DNA of 64,000 nucleotides from NCBI GenBank assembly GCA_965216755.1, contig CBDCGL010000011.1:2944001-3008000 (forward strand), written 5' to 3'. Position 1 is the stretch's first letter, and each line of letters begins with the position of its first letter. Both the position numbers and the translations under genes were made by a program. Positions 20,867-30,451 of the stretch are shown here, in pieces. The stretch is from Alphaproteobacteria bacterium (GTDB lineage: Bacteria; Pseudomonadota; Alphaproteobacteria; UBA7887). Below the pieces are notes generated by a model. It was not told the origin of the DNA, did no database searches, and saw nothing but the letters and a program-made list of their open reading frames with translations.

Positions 20867-21646
20867 ATGGATCTCGGCATCGTCGGCCGCAAGGCCATTG
20901 TGTGTGCATCCAGCAAGGGGCTGGGCCGCGCCTGTGCCATGTCGCTTGCGCGCGAAGGGGTGGATCTTGTCATCAATGCGCGCAGCGCCGAAACATTAGA
21001 GCAGACGGCCGAAGATATCCGTCGCGAAACCGGGGTGACCGTGACCGCGGTCGCCTGTGACATCACCACACCGGCGGGACAAGATCAGCTTCTCGCCGCG
21101 TGTCCCGCGCCCGATATTTTGATCAACAATGCGGGTGGCCCGCCGCCCGGCGATTTTCGCGATTGGGCCCGCGCCGATTGGATTGCGGCCGTGACATCCA
21201 ACATGCTGACGCCGATCGAACTGATGAAGGCGACCGTCGATGGCATGATGGGCCGGGGCTTCGGGCGTATCGTCAACATCACCTCGGCCTCGACCAAGCA
21301 CCCGATCCCCGATCTCGGCATGTCGAACGGGGCGCGCACCGGTTTGGCTGGTTTTGTCGCCGGTCTCGCGCGCGAAACGGTGCGTCGCAATGTGACGATT
21401 AATTGCCTGTTGCCGGGGCCGTTCGTGACCGACCGCATGCGCCAGCACATGACCTACACGGCGCGCCAGCGCGGCCAGGACTTCCAGACATTTGCCGCGC
21501 AAGCGGCGGAACGCAATCCGTCCGGTCGGCTCGGCGACCCCGCGGAATTTGGCGATGCCTGCGCGTTCTTGTGTGCGGCCCAAATGGGCTACGTCACGGG
21601 ACAGCACCTTCTGATGGACGGCGGCAGCTTCCCCGGCACGTTCTAG
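20867..21646 (+). CDS. SDR family oxidoreductase
   Basis: Motifs CASSKGLG, NNAGGPPPG, GRIVNITS and GQHLLMDGG. Confidence 0.92.
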   Translation: MDLGIVGRKAIVCASSKGLGRACAMSLAREGVDLVINARSAETLEQTAEDIRRETGVTVTAVACDITTPAGQDQLLAACPAPDILINNAGGPPPGDFRDWARADWIAAVTSNMLTPIELMKATVDGMMGRGFGRIVNITSASTKHPIPDLGMSNGARTGLAGFVAGLARETVRRNVTINCLLPGPFVTDRMRQHMTYTARQRGQDFQTFAAQAAERNPSGRLGDPAEFGDACAFLCAAQMGYVTGQHLLMDGGSFPGTF

Positions 21647-21872
21647 ATCAACCTTCGATCGGACGGATCCGTTTGAACAAATATACGTTGATCGCTATCA
21701 CACCGCTGGCATATGAAAGACGCCGCCGCGCCAGCCCTCGCCGTGTTTTCTTGACCAGGCGCACGATACAAAATGTGCAGCCGGCGACGGCCGAACCGCA
21801 CACATTGGTCAGAATGTCTTGCCAAGTAATGATGTCGCGCGCGCGCGGATCCGGGGACGGAATCGATCGCGA

Positions 21873-22340
21873 TCAATACTTCGCGTGATCCATGTCATAG
21901 CAACAATCGGTTTCGCCCCACGTTGGCGCGCATGATGGCGCCGACACCGTGCCGTCAGCACAATCAAGTTTGGCCGAACAGGTGACGTCGGCCACAAACC
22001 GCGTACCCGCCGCGATCCGCCGCTTCTCGGTCTCGACACCCAGTTCACCGACCGCGCCGTGGCCTTCTGCCGATCGATAGCACGCGAGAAAACGTTCATA
22101 AGCTGTCACGCCGACGGTCGTGTCAATGCGGCCGTCGCCAATGTCAGGCGTGCCAGCCGCGGCGCTCCATTCCTGCAGGACGCAACTGTCCGGCGGCGGC
22201 GCGCCCTGTGCGCTCTCAAGCGCGGCCGTTTCGACGACGTTTTGCCAACCGTCCGCTGGGCTGCAATTGTCTTGGGCCCAAACAGAACCCGTCAAAACAA
22301 ACATCAACGCGCCGGCAAGCGCGGGCATCACAAGCTGCAT
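21873..22340 (-). CDS. Secreted Cys-rich hypothetical protein (155 aa)
   Basis: GAGGAG ribosome-binding site, signal peptide ending VWA-Q, and 8 Cys including a C-terminal DCCY. Transcribed divergently from the first NosR-like gene. Confidence 0.7.
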   Translation of the reverse strand: MQLVMPALAGALMFVLTGSVWAQDNCSPADGWQNVVETAALESAQGAPPPDSCVLQEWSAAAGTPDIGDGRIDTTVGVTAYERFLACYRSAEGHGAVGELGVETEKRRIAAGTRFVADVTCSAKLDCADGTVSAPSCAPTWGETDCCYDMDHAKY

Positions 22341-22493
22341 GGGGATGGTCTCCTCGGCCGTGTGCAAAAACCGCTTTTTGTCTGTGGATAAGTCTAGCGC
22401 GCCCGGCATTCGCTGTCGAGGCGGTGTCGGTCGCTCTGGATCCGCGCTCGCGCATTCGATAACGTGGCGTCGGTGAGCGCGAGGGATTGCAGC

Positions 22494-24797
22494 ATGCAGA
22501 AGATTTTGGGCCGGTGCGCGGCCGCCATTGTGGTGGCCGCAACGCTGTTGGCGACAGGGTCGATTGTTTCCGTAGGCCAACTCCAAGCGCAGGACGCTGT
22601 TCCAACGCTTTTGGCGCCGAAGCCGACGGACTCGCAAGCGCCGGCGGCGGATACGGCGCCGACAGCCGGGCCCAATCTCGAAACCTATCTGGACGACGCC
22701 CTTTTGGCGATGGTGTACCCCGACGCCGATCGCGTCGGGCCGGTTGAAGGCGAACCGCCGGCCGCGGCGGTTTACAAGGGGGATGACCTTGTCGGCTATG
22801 TGTTCGAGCAATATGACGTGGTGCAAGGGGTCGGATATTCCAAACGCCCTTTTCACATGGTCATCGGCCTCGATTTGAGCGGCCATCTGACCGGCGCGCG
22901 ATTGGCCATGCATGTCGAGCCGATCGCCATTCTTGGTCGCACGGATGACGACTTCCACAAATATGTTGAGCAATTTGCTGGCATAGATATCCGCCGCGGT
23001 GTCAGCGTCATGCTGGATCTTTCCGGCTCGGCGCTGGAAGGCGACAAATTTGCCATGCGTGGTTCGGCGGGCGACGTCTCCAAGTTGACCCCTGTCGATG
23101 CCGTCTCACGCACGACCACCAGCTCGATCCTGTTCAGCGATTCAATCGTGCGCAGCGCGCGGATTATCGCGCGGACGCGCGGCATCGCGTTGGATGCGCG
23201 CGATTTGGGCCAACGGCTGGACATGGAAAGTTTCACTCCGATGCCATGGGTGGCGCTGATCGACGACGGCGCGCTCGCCCATTTGCGCCTGACGATCGCC
23301 GATGTTGCCGCGGCGTTCGCGGCCTTGCCCGACGACGCCAAGGCGCCGCGCAAGGTGCGCCTGTCGCCCGACGACGAGATCTTTGTCGATCTGTACGCGG
23401 CGGTCATTTCACCAGCCGGGATCGGGGTCAATTTGCTCGGCCGCACGTGGTACGACCAGTACATCTCCGGTCGCAATATCGAAGACGTGATTTTGTTCGT
23501 TGCCACCAAGGGTACGTATCGGTTCCACGGCGATGATCCGGCCGATGCCGCCCAGTTCTCGCGGTTGCGGCTCTTTCAAGGCGATACAGAAATCGCGTTC
23601 GGTCCGTCTTTGATGAAAACATTGCCATTTCATCACGCGACCGAAGCCCCGGACCTGGACGAAATCGGCTTGTTCTTTTTCTCCGGCGATGCGGCCCTCG
23701 ATCCAACACGTCCATGGCGTCTGGAGCTTGCCGTGGATGGCGACGGCGACACGCCGGCGCAAGCGATTTTCCCGGTCGACTACACATTGCCCGAGCGGTT
23801 CATATTGGCCCAACCAGAGGTCGAGTCACCAATCGACGCGGCGACCGATGCCATGGTGGCGGACGACGCGTCGATCGGCATCGATTGGCGCCAGTCTTGG
23901 ACCAATCAATCACGCAATATTGTGCTGTTGCTGGTGACGCTCGGTGTGCTCGTGGTGCTGTTGTCGCTGCAAGATCAGATCGCGCGCCGGCGCCGCCTGC
24001 ATCGTTGGCTGCGGATCGGGTTCCTGGCGTGGATTCTGATCTGGTTGGGCTGGTATGCGGGCGCGCAAGTGACCGTGATCAATCTTCTCAACATCGCGCA
24101 ATCAATCGTCTTTGATTTCGACTGGGCGTTTTTCATGGTCGAGCCGCTGATCTTCATCATCACGGCATTTGTCGCGCTGGGTTTGTTCTTTTGGGGGCGT
24201 GCGATCTTTTGTGGCTGGCTCTGTCCGTTTGGCGCGTTGCAGGAATTGCTGAACAACATTGCGACCGCGTTGCGCGTGCCGCAGTGGCGCATTCCAGAAG
24301 GGCTGCATCAACGCGCCATCGCGATCAAATATGTGGCGGTTCTGGCGTTGCTGGGGCTGACATTCTATTCGTTCGATCTGGCCATCATGGGCAGCAATAT
24401 CGAACCATTCAAGGCAGCCATCATCTTTCGTTTCGATGCACCGCTCGCCGCCGTCGCCTATGCCATGATTTTGTTGGTGTGTGGTTTGTTTGTTGAACGC
24501 GCCTATTGTCGCTTTCTTTGTCCGTTGGGTGCCGGTCTGGCGATCTTGGGTCGCGTGCGCATGTTCAATTGGCTCAAGCGTCGCCCTGAGTGCGGCAATC
24601 CGTGCCGCCGTTGTGAACGGGTTTGTCCGACCGGCGCCATTGGCCGCAGTGGCGCTATCGATATGAACGAATGTTTTTATTGCTTGGACTGTCAAGTCAC
24701 CTATTACGACAGTCATGAATGTCCGCCATTGGCGGCGCGCCGCAAGTCTGATCGCGCGCCACTCCAGGGGGCGCCGGTGCCGGCCGCGGCCGAATAG
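22494..24797 (+). CDS. NosR/NirI-like membrane protein (periplasmic FMN-binding-like domain, TM bundle, CxxxCP motifs, 4Fe-4S domain), copy 1
   Basis: HVEPI, DAVSRTT, GWYAGAQ, FCGWLCPFGALQEL, EPFK, YCRFLCPLG, CGNPCRRCERVCP and ECFYCLDCQ. Confidence 0.9.
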   Translation: MQKILGRCAAAIVVAATLLATGSIVSVGQLQAQDAVPTLLAPKPTDSQAPAADTAPTAGPNLETYLDDALLAMVYPDADRVGPVEGEPPAAAVYKGDDLVGYVFEQYDVVQGVGYSKRPFHMVIGLDLSGHLTGARLAMHVEPIAILGRTDDDFHKYVEQFAGIDIRRGVSVMLDLSGSALEGDKFAMRGSAGDVSKLTPVDAVSRTTTSSILFSDSIVRSARIIARTRGIALDARDLGQRLDMESFTPMPWVALIDDGALAHLRLTIADVAAAFAALPDDAKAPRKVRLSPDDEIFVDLYAAVISPAGIGVNLLGRTWYDQYISGRNIEDVILFVATKGTYRFHGDDPADAAQFSRLRLFQGDTEIAFGPSLMKTLPFHHATEAPDLDEIGLFFFSGDAALDPTRPWRLELAVDGDGDTPAQAIFPVDYTLPERFILAQPEVESPIDAATDAMVADDASIGIDWRQSWTNQSRNIVLLLVTLGVLVVLLSLQDQIARRRRLHRWLRIGFLAWILIWLGWYAGAQVTVINLLNIAQSIVFDFDWAFFMVEPLIFIITAFVALGLFFWGRAIFCGWLCPFGALQELLNNIATALRVPQWRIPEGLHQRAIAIKYVAVLALLGLTFYSFDLAIMGSNIEPFKAAIIFRFDAPLAAVAYAMILLVCGLFVERAYCRFLCPLGAGLAILGRVRMFNWLKRRPECGNPCRRCERVCPTGAIGRSGAIDMNECFYCLDCQVTYYDSHECPPLAARRKSDRAPLQGAPVPAAAE

Positions 24798-24878
24798 GGG
24801 CGACCGCCACAGCGCGAAAAAGTGCCGCCGGGCGGCAAGGTTCAGCCTTACCCGGCGGCGTATGCGTATATAGGGTTG

Positions 24879-25409
24879 CTACTCTTTGAAGACGTGAAGA
24901 TCGACCGGGCCGAAGACTTCACTCTCGCGACGCCCCGGCAGCTCCGGATATTCCGCCCAGGTGCGGCTTTGGAAATCGGCCGGCAGAGATTCCGCCACAT
25001 CCGAATACTGCACTTTGACCTTGAAGCGTATTTGGTTCATGGCCTTCGGATCATCCGTGCTGATGCAAGCCGGACCGTGACCGCCAAAATCGTCGGCGCC
25101 TTCCGTGACGCACCATTCCGGCTGCGGGCTGGCGTCGCTGTCCGGCTGCAGTTTCATAATCACGGACTGGCCTTCTTCAGGTCCGCCATTCACGTCCAAC
25201 ACGGCGTAGTAGCTATCTGCGACCCAACGCTCTTCCAAATCCTCGGGCACACCTTTGAGGAACAGAGTATAGCTTGGATATAGACCGCCGAAATACAGGC
25301 GCGCTTGTTCGGATGTGATCGAGACCACTTCGCCGGCCGTTGCCGGCAGCGCTGCCAAAGTCGTCCCGATGACGACAGCCGACGCACAAACCGTGCGCAC
25401 TATGTTCAT
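24879..25409 (-). CDS. Secreted acidic hypothetical protein (176 aa)
   Basis: GGGAGG ribosome-binding site, signal peptide ending ATA-G, and two Cys in the mature part. Lies downstream of the amidohydrolase. Confidence 0.75.
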   Translation of the reverse strand: MNIVRTVCASAVVIGTTLAALPATAGEVVSITSEQARLYFGGLYPSYTLFLKGVPEDLEERWVADSYYAVLDVNGGPEEGQSVIMKLQPDSDASPQPEWCVTEGADDFGGHGPACISTDDPKAMNQIRFKVKVQYSDVAESLPADFQSRTWAEYPELPGRRESEVFGPVDLHVFKE

Positions 25410-25464
25410 TTCACCCTCCCAGAAACCATTATTGGGATTTTCATTGCTCATACAACAATCGTCT

Positions 25465-25510
25465 ACAAAACAAAGTGGGGTCGGACGCAACGCGCCCGCC
25501 CCCACCTTTG
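25465..25510 (-). terminator. Intrinsic terminator-like hairpin after the amidohydrolase
   Basis: On the minus strand, GTGGGGGCGGGCGC-gtt-GCGTCCGACCCCAC followed by TTTGTTTT. Confidence 0.55.
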
Positions 25511-25556
25511 CATGGCACTAGCCCACGGGCATTGCCACGATCGTCACCGAACCGCG

Positions 25557-27068
25557 CTAGGCGGTACGGACGTAACCATAGCGCTTGTTGCTCGGGGCAC
25601 CGCCGGCCTCGCGATAATTGTGCGCGAGTTGTGCCAGCTTGTCCTCTGAGAAGTCCGGCAGATCAGGCATGTTGGTGGCGGAATCCATCGCCAAGCCGTA
25701 AATCCGCGCCGAGTTGAGGCCGAAGATCGCCTGTTTGGTCAGGCTGTTCGGGCCACCAAGCGACGGCAGGCCGTATTTCTCTTGCATGTCTTCCGGAACC
25801 TCGAGGCGACGCATGGCTTCGATCTGCCACTGCGGCGAGCCATACCAGACGGTGTCACTACCCCAGACGACATGATCGGCACCCATGCCGTTGACCAGCG
25901 TACCGATGAACGCAGCCGAGAAGCGCGGATGAGCGACCGCCGAATTGGCAAACGTCGATCCCAGCTCAGCGTAAACATTGGACACGCCGAATTCTTCGGG
26001 GATGCGCGCCAAGTCGCTGGCCCATTTGATGTCGCCGGTTTGTTCGAATTCCGCCCACGCTTGGTCCGGCAATTCGAGGAACGGCCGCAGCGCCGCGTGA
26101 TATTGGACGAAGTTCATTTCCGGCCAATCTTGCGCGGCCTTGCCGACGTCCCACACGGTCGCGTATTCCCACACGCCCTTGAACGATTGCTCGTAATCCG
26201 GCGGCAACAGACCTTTATGTGTACAGATCGTGTTGATGCCCGCCTTCAACGCCTTTTCGTAGAAAGGATACATCAGTTCTTCGTCGTCCAGCCGCCACGG
26301 GTATTTCGATGGCGAGAGCGGATCACCGATCGTGTAAGACTTCCACGAATCCGGCTTATATTGCTCGATGGCACGATCGACTTCATCCATCCAGCCATCT
26401 TGACCCGGCGTGATCACCGAATGACCGAGCATGCGGCGTGTGCCGGCGAAATCATTGACCATGTCGCGGGCGGCGACGATCTGATCATTGTACAACAGAT
26501 ACCAGGTCGGATCGTCGAACGGCGCGCCGCTCAACAACGCCATGGTGGTGTCACTGTTGTACCAAAGTTCACGAACATAGTTTTCGAACTTATAGCGGGT
26601 CAGTGACAGACCTTCTTCCTTGAGCTTTGGATTCCAATGCTCGGCGGCGAATTCACCAAGGCCGAGGATCGCCTCATGAGCAAAATCATCGCGCAGGAAG
26701 TGGGTCTGATCGTCAAAAATGAACTGCCCGGCCAACGCATTGGCCCGCTCCAACATCATTTCCGGGTCGCGCGCTTCGGCTTCTGAGACTTGGAACGTGT
26801 TGGTTCCGTAAATCTCTTTCATGGCCAAGAACGCCGTGGCCATACCGCAGCTGGTCTGCAGGAACTGTCGCCGCGACATGCCGAGATGTTTGGCATTCTC
26901 GTCGGCCAATTCTTTTATGCGCGCTTCGACTTGCTTTTGTTTCGGACTTTGCTTCGGCGGCAGATACTCACCGTTCGATACGATTTGTGTCGGCACCGGT
27001 GAATCGAACTCAAGGTTCTCCGCGCCGTCGACCAACCGCCGTTCTCGTTCGCTTAGCCAGTTAGACAC
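25557..27068 (-). CDS. Amidohydrolase (Amidohydro_2-like TIM barrel) with an internal twin-arginine-like motif
   Basis: FIFDDQTH, ICTHKG, QYHAA, NVYAELG and VWGSD; SRRQFL at about residue 65. GGAGG ribosome-binding site before GTG. Confidence 0.85.
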   Translation of the reverse strand: MSNWLSERERRLVDGAENLEFDSPVPTQIVSNGEYLPPKQSPKQKQVEARIKELADENAKHLGMSRRQFLQTSCGMATAFLAMKEIYGTNTFQVSEAEARDPEMMLERANALAGQFIFDDQTHFLRDDFAHEAILGLGEFAAEHWNPKLKEEGLSLTRYKFENYVRELWYNSDTTMALLSGAPFDDPTWYLLYNDQIVAARDMVNDFAGTRRMLGHSVITPGQDGWMDEVDRAIEQYKPDSWKSYTIGDPLSPSKYPWRLDDEELMYPFYEKALKAGINTICTHKGLLPPDYEQSFKGVWEYATVWDVGKAAQDWPEMNFVQYHAALRPFLELPDQAWAEFEQTGDIKWASDLARIPEEFGVSNVYAELGSTFANSAVAHPRFSAAFIGTLVNGMGADHVVWGSDTVWYGSPQWQIEAMRRLEVPEDMQEKYGLPSLGGPNSLTKQAIFGLNSARIYGLAMDSATNMPDLPDFSEDKLAQLAHNYREAGGAPSNKRYGYVRTA

Positions 27069-27343
27069 GTCTTCTCTCCTCCCAAAGTGACATCACAGAT
27101 CATTACTCTTGGACGCTATAAACGCGGCCCACATCGTGCCCTTTTGAAGGTAACGCCGTCAAAACAAAAAAACGGTGGCGCGATGACCGTTTAGCGCGCC
27201 CGGGACTTGCAGAATGGTTCAATATGGTCTGAAAGTGCGCTAGTGTCGCCCACCTGCGCCGGGCGCAGGAACGCATGGCCGTGGCATAGGTGTCTCAATC
27301 GACGCGGCGGTCTTAAGCGGCGACATGAACGTGGGGCGAGGGT

Positions 27344-29566
27344 GTGACGAGGCAAGCGCGTACGGCGCGGCCCGCAAGGTGGGGCGCGCTTTTTGTTGCG
27401 ATGTGCGTGGCCGTGGCCGGACTGGTCATGCCGACCAGTCCCACGGCTTCGGCGCAAGAAGCTGAAGAATCCTATCCGGTGCCGCTGGCCACCTGGACCA
27501 ATCCGACCACCGGCGCCGCATGGCTCAACTTGGATCTGGTCCAAGCACTGTTTCCCGAAGCCGACGATGTGGGCACGATCGAAAACGACCCGCGCGTGGC
27601 GCCGGTATACGCCAACCGCATTCTGCAAGGTTATACATTTATCACCCGCGACATCACGGAATCGCTGGGTTTTTCATCCTTACCTTTTACCATCGCGGTC
27701 GGTTTGCGGCTTGATGGCACCCTGTCGGGCGCCAGGGTCAAAGAGCATCAAGAGCCGATTATCGATCTGTACATGATCGAAAACACGATCCCCGCCTTTG
27801 CCGACCAATATACAGGCATCGATATCCGCACGCCGGTGCGTGTGCGCCTGACCAAAACACAAGACGCCGGCACGGTCGACGGCATCACGTCGGCGACCGT
27901 CAGTGCGGTTTTGTTCAACGAAGCGATTTTGCGCGCGGCGCGGCTGGTGGCATTGGCCAAGGGTATACGTCTGCATGATCAACCTGTGATGGATATCGTC
28001 GGCTATCGCCCAGCCGGATTCGCGTCGCTGGTTGCCGATGGCACTATCGGGCGCATGCGAATCAGCAAGGATGCGGCGCGCACGGCCGGCGTTGCCGCGC
28101 CCGACTTGTCGCATGATGGCATGGGCAACGATCTCTACATCTATGCCCACGAACGCGACAGCGGCGCCAAGTCGCAACCCACTTTTCCTGATGACTTGGT
28201 GATCGATCTTTATGCGGGCCCCGTCATGGTGCCGACCATCGGTCGGAATCTGCTTGGCGACAAATGGTACGATTTGTTCGTCAGTGGGCGCGATCCAAAC
28301 GCGCTCATGCTGGGGATCATGACCATAGGCCCCTATTCGATCGATGGCGAAAAGCATCTTTCCAGTGGTCCGTTCAGTCGCCTACAGCTTCGCCAAGACG
28401 GCAAGGAATGGCCGCTAACCAAGGACAATTATCGTTATTTGGGCTTCCTGCACGGCACGGACAAACCCCGCTTCGCCGAAATCGGGTTGTTCTGGGTGCC
28501 CGTTGAAAGTGGTATAGATCCGGTCCGCCCGTGGACGTTGCGCCTGTTGGTTGAAAGCGCGGTCGATGGCGCATCGGCGCCATTTGAGCTCACCTATGCG
28601 TTGGGCGACGAGTTCATATTGCAGCCGACCGGGATCGACAATGTCGTGTCAGCAGACAATACACCATTGTGGATGTCGGCGTGGCATTCACAAACCACCA
28701 ACATCGCGATATTGGCGGCGCTTCTGATCATCTTAACGATCATCTTGGTCAACATGGATGCGTTGGCGAAAAAGCCGCGTTGGCTGCAGGCGACACGTTT
28801 GTCCTTCTTGGCGGTCGTCCTTGTCTGGATGGGCTGGTATGCGGGCGCTCAACTCACCATCATCAATGTATTGACGTGGGTGCAGTCGCTGGTCACGGGG
28901 ACCGGTTTGACCGTGTTCTTGTCCGACCCCTTAATCGTTGTATTGGTCGGCTTCGTCCTGGTGACGTTCTTCATTTGGGGGCGCGGTATCTTTTGCGGTT
29001 GGCTGTGCCCATTCGGCGCTTTGCAGGAACTGCTCGGCAAGGCCGCCCAGGCGCTTGGGGTGCGCCAAATCAGTTTGAGCAACCGCGCGCATCAATGGCT
29101 TTGGCCGGTCAAATACGTCGTCTTGCTCGGGTTGGTCGGTTTGTCATTCTATTCCTTGACGATCGCCAACACAGCCGCGGAAGTTGAACCGTTTAAGACC
29201 GCCATCTCACTTCGCTTCGCGCGCGACTGGCCATATGTGGTCTATGCGCTGACCTTGCTGGCGATCGGGCTGACCATCGAACGCGCTTTTTGCCGGTTTT
29301 TGTGTCCGCTGGGCGCTGCGATGGCGATCGGTGGTCGGCTGCGCATACCGCGTTTGCTGAAACGACGCGAGGCGTGTGGTTCACCCTGCCAACTGTGTGC
29401 GCGGCGCTGTCCGATCAACGCCATAAAGCCGGATGGCCAAATCAAAATGGACGAGTGCTTTTATTGCCTGGATTGCCAAGTGCTGTATCACGACCAGCAT
29501 GTTTGCCCGCCATTGGTGCAGTCGGCCAGACGTTCGACACGCAAAACCGTGTCCCAGGCCGCTTGA
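27344..29566 (+). CDS. NosR/NirI-like membrane protein, copy 2
   Basis: HQEPI, DGITSATV, GWYAGAQL, FCGWLCPFGALQEL, EVEPFKT, FCRFLCPLG, CGSPCQLCARRCP and ECFYCLDCQ. Confidence 0.9.
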   Translation: MTRQARTARPARWGALFVAMCVAVAGLVMPTSPTASAQEAEESYPVPLATWTNPTTGAAWLNLDLVQALFPEADDVGTIENDPRVAPVYANRILQGYTFITRDITESLGFSSLPFTIAVGLRLDGTLSGARVKEHQEPIIDLYMIENTIPAFADQYTGIDIRTPVRVRLTKTQDAGTVDGITSATVSAVLFNEAILRAARLVALAKGIRLHDQPVMDIVGYRPAGFASLVADGTIGRMRISKDAARTAGVAAPDLSHDGMGNDLYIYAHERDSGAKSQPTFPDDLVIDLYAGPVMVPTIGRNLLGDKWYDLFVSGRDPNALMLGIMTIGPYSIDGEKHLSSGPFSRLQLRQDGKEWPLTKDNYRYLGFLHGTDKPRFAEIGLFWVPVESGIDPVRPWTLRLLVESAVDGASAPFELTYALGDEFILQPTGIDNVVSADNTPLWMSAWHSQTTNIAILAALLIILTIILVNMDALAKKPRWLQATRLSFLAVVLVWMGWYAGAQLTIINVLTWVQSLVTGTGLTVFLSDPLIVVLVGFVLVTFFIWGRGIFCGWLCPFGALQELLGKAAQALGVRQISLSNRAHQWLWPVKYVVLLGLVGLSFYSLTIANTAAEVEPFKTAISLRFARDWPYVVYALTLLAIGLTIERAFCRFLCPLGAAMAIGGRLRIPRLLKRREACGSPCQLCARRCPINAIKPDGQIKMDECFYCLDCQVLYHDQHVCPPLVQSARRSTRKTVSQAA

Positions 29567-29670
29567 TCGCGGGGTTCTCATGCTTGCCAGCCATGGTGGC
29601 GCGGTTTCGTCGATTCGGATATTAAGGTGACGAAAGCGGTGAGACCGGTCTAAGGGGACAACCGAAGATC

Positions 29671-30441
29671 ATGAACGGACCCGACCATTCGTTGATCTTT
29701 AAGTGGATCCTGGGCAATTCCTTTGCGGGGTTCGGACTTTTTATTGCGTGGCAGCAAGGCTGGCTGTCGCTGGTGGTTGCGAGTGACGCGAGCTATCTAA
29801 GCGTCGTCATGACCGCGATTTTCCTCATTTTTTGGGCCCTGAGCACGTATAAGGCGATCAGCCTGAACCGCGAGGTCAATCGGTTTCGCGCGGGCGCACC
29901 ACACGGGGTCGCCGCCGATTACATGTCCAAAATCCGGCGCGTTGCGGCGCAATCACATGGCGCCAAAGTCGACCAGGCGACGTTCGCCAACAATCTTCAG
30001 GCGCATTTGCTGCTGGCCATACAGCCGGTCAATTTTACCGCGAACTTGCTTATCCTGCTTGGTCTCATCGGCACTGTGATTGGTTTTGTTATCGCCGTTG
30101 GTGGCTTGGGCGACGCGTTGACCGGCGGCGATGGTCCCGAACGCGTGCGCGCCGTCCTCGCCCAAATCGTCAATGGCATGGGCGTGGCGTTGTTCACAAC
30201 CCTGGTCGGCAGCATCCTCGGCGGAATCTGGCTTCAGTTGCACTATCAACTTCTGTTTCGCACCAGCGCCCGTTTGGCACTGGAGATCGTTGAACATGCG
30301 GAGCTCGCAATTCTGCGCGACATGTCGTCGCCAGCCCCGGACACGTTGGCCGAGGCGCGCGACAATTGGTCGGTATCCAGCGCCAAAGCGGCCGGCCAGG
30401 TCGCGGGCGGCGAGCGCATTGCGCGAACTATGGTCCGCTGA
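29671..30441 (+). CDS. MotA/TolQ/ExbB proton-channel family protein
   Basis: The TM motifs LLGLIGTVIG and GMGVALFTTLVG match the ExbB/TolQ channel helices. Four predicted TMs. Confidence 0.88.
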   Translation: MNGPDHSLIFKWILGNSFAGFGLFIAWQQGWLSLVVASDASYLSVVMTAIFLIFWALSTYKAISLNREVNRFRAGAPHGVAADYMSKIRRVAAQSHGAKVDQATFANNLQAHLLLAIQPVNFTANLLILLGLIGTVIGFVIAVGGLGDALTGGDGPERVRAVLAQIVNGMGVALFTTLVGSILGGIWLQLHYQLLFRTSARLALEIVEHAELAILRDMSSPAPDTLAEARDNWSVSSAKAAGQVAGGERIARTMVR

Positions 30442-30451
30442 CTGATCCGCC

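Noticed and set aside
21873-22340. Methylamine dehydrogenase light chain (TTQ protein)
   Set aside because: It is Cys-rich with DCC, but lacks a Tat signal and the MauA Cys/Trp spacing, and no heavy chain or MauG is nearby.
22494-29566. A nos (N2O reduction) or nir gene cluster
   Set aside because: Only NosR-like genes are present; there is no nosZ, nosD/F/Y/L/X or nirS in the window.
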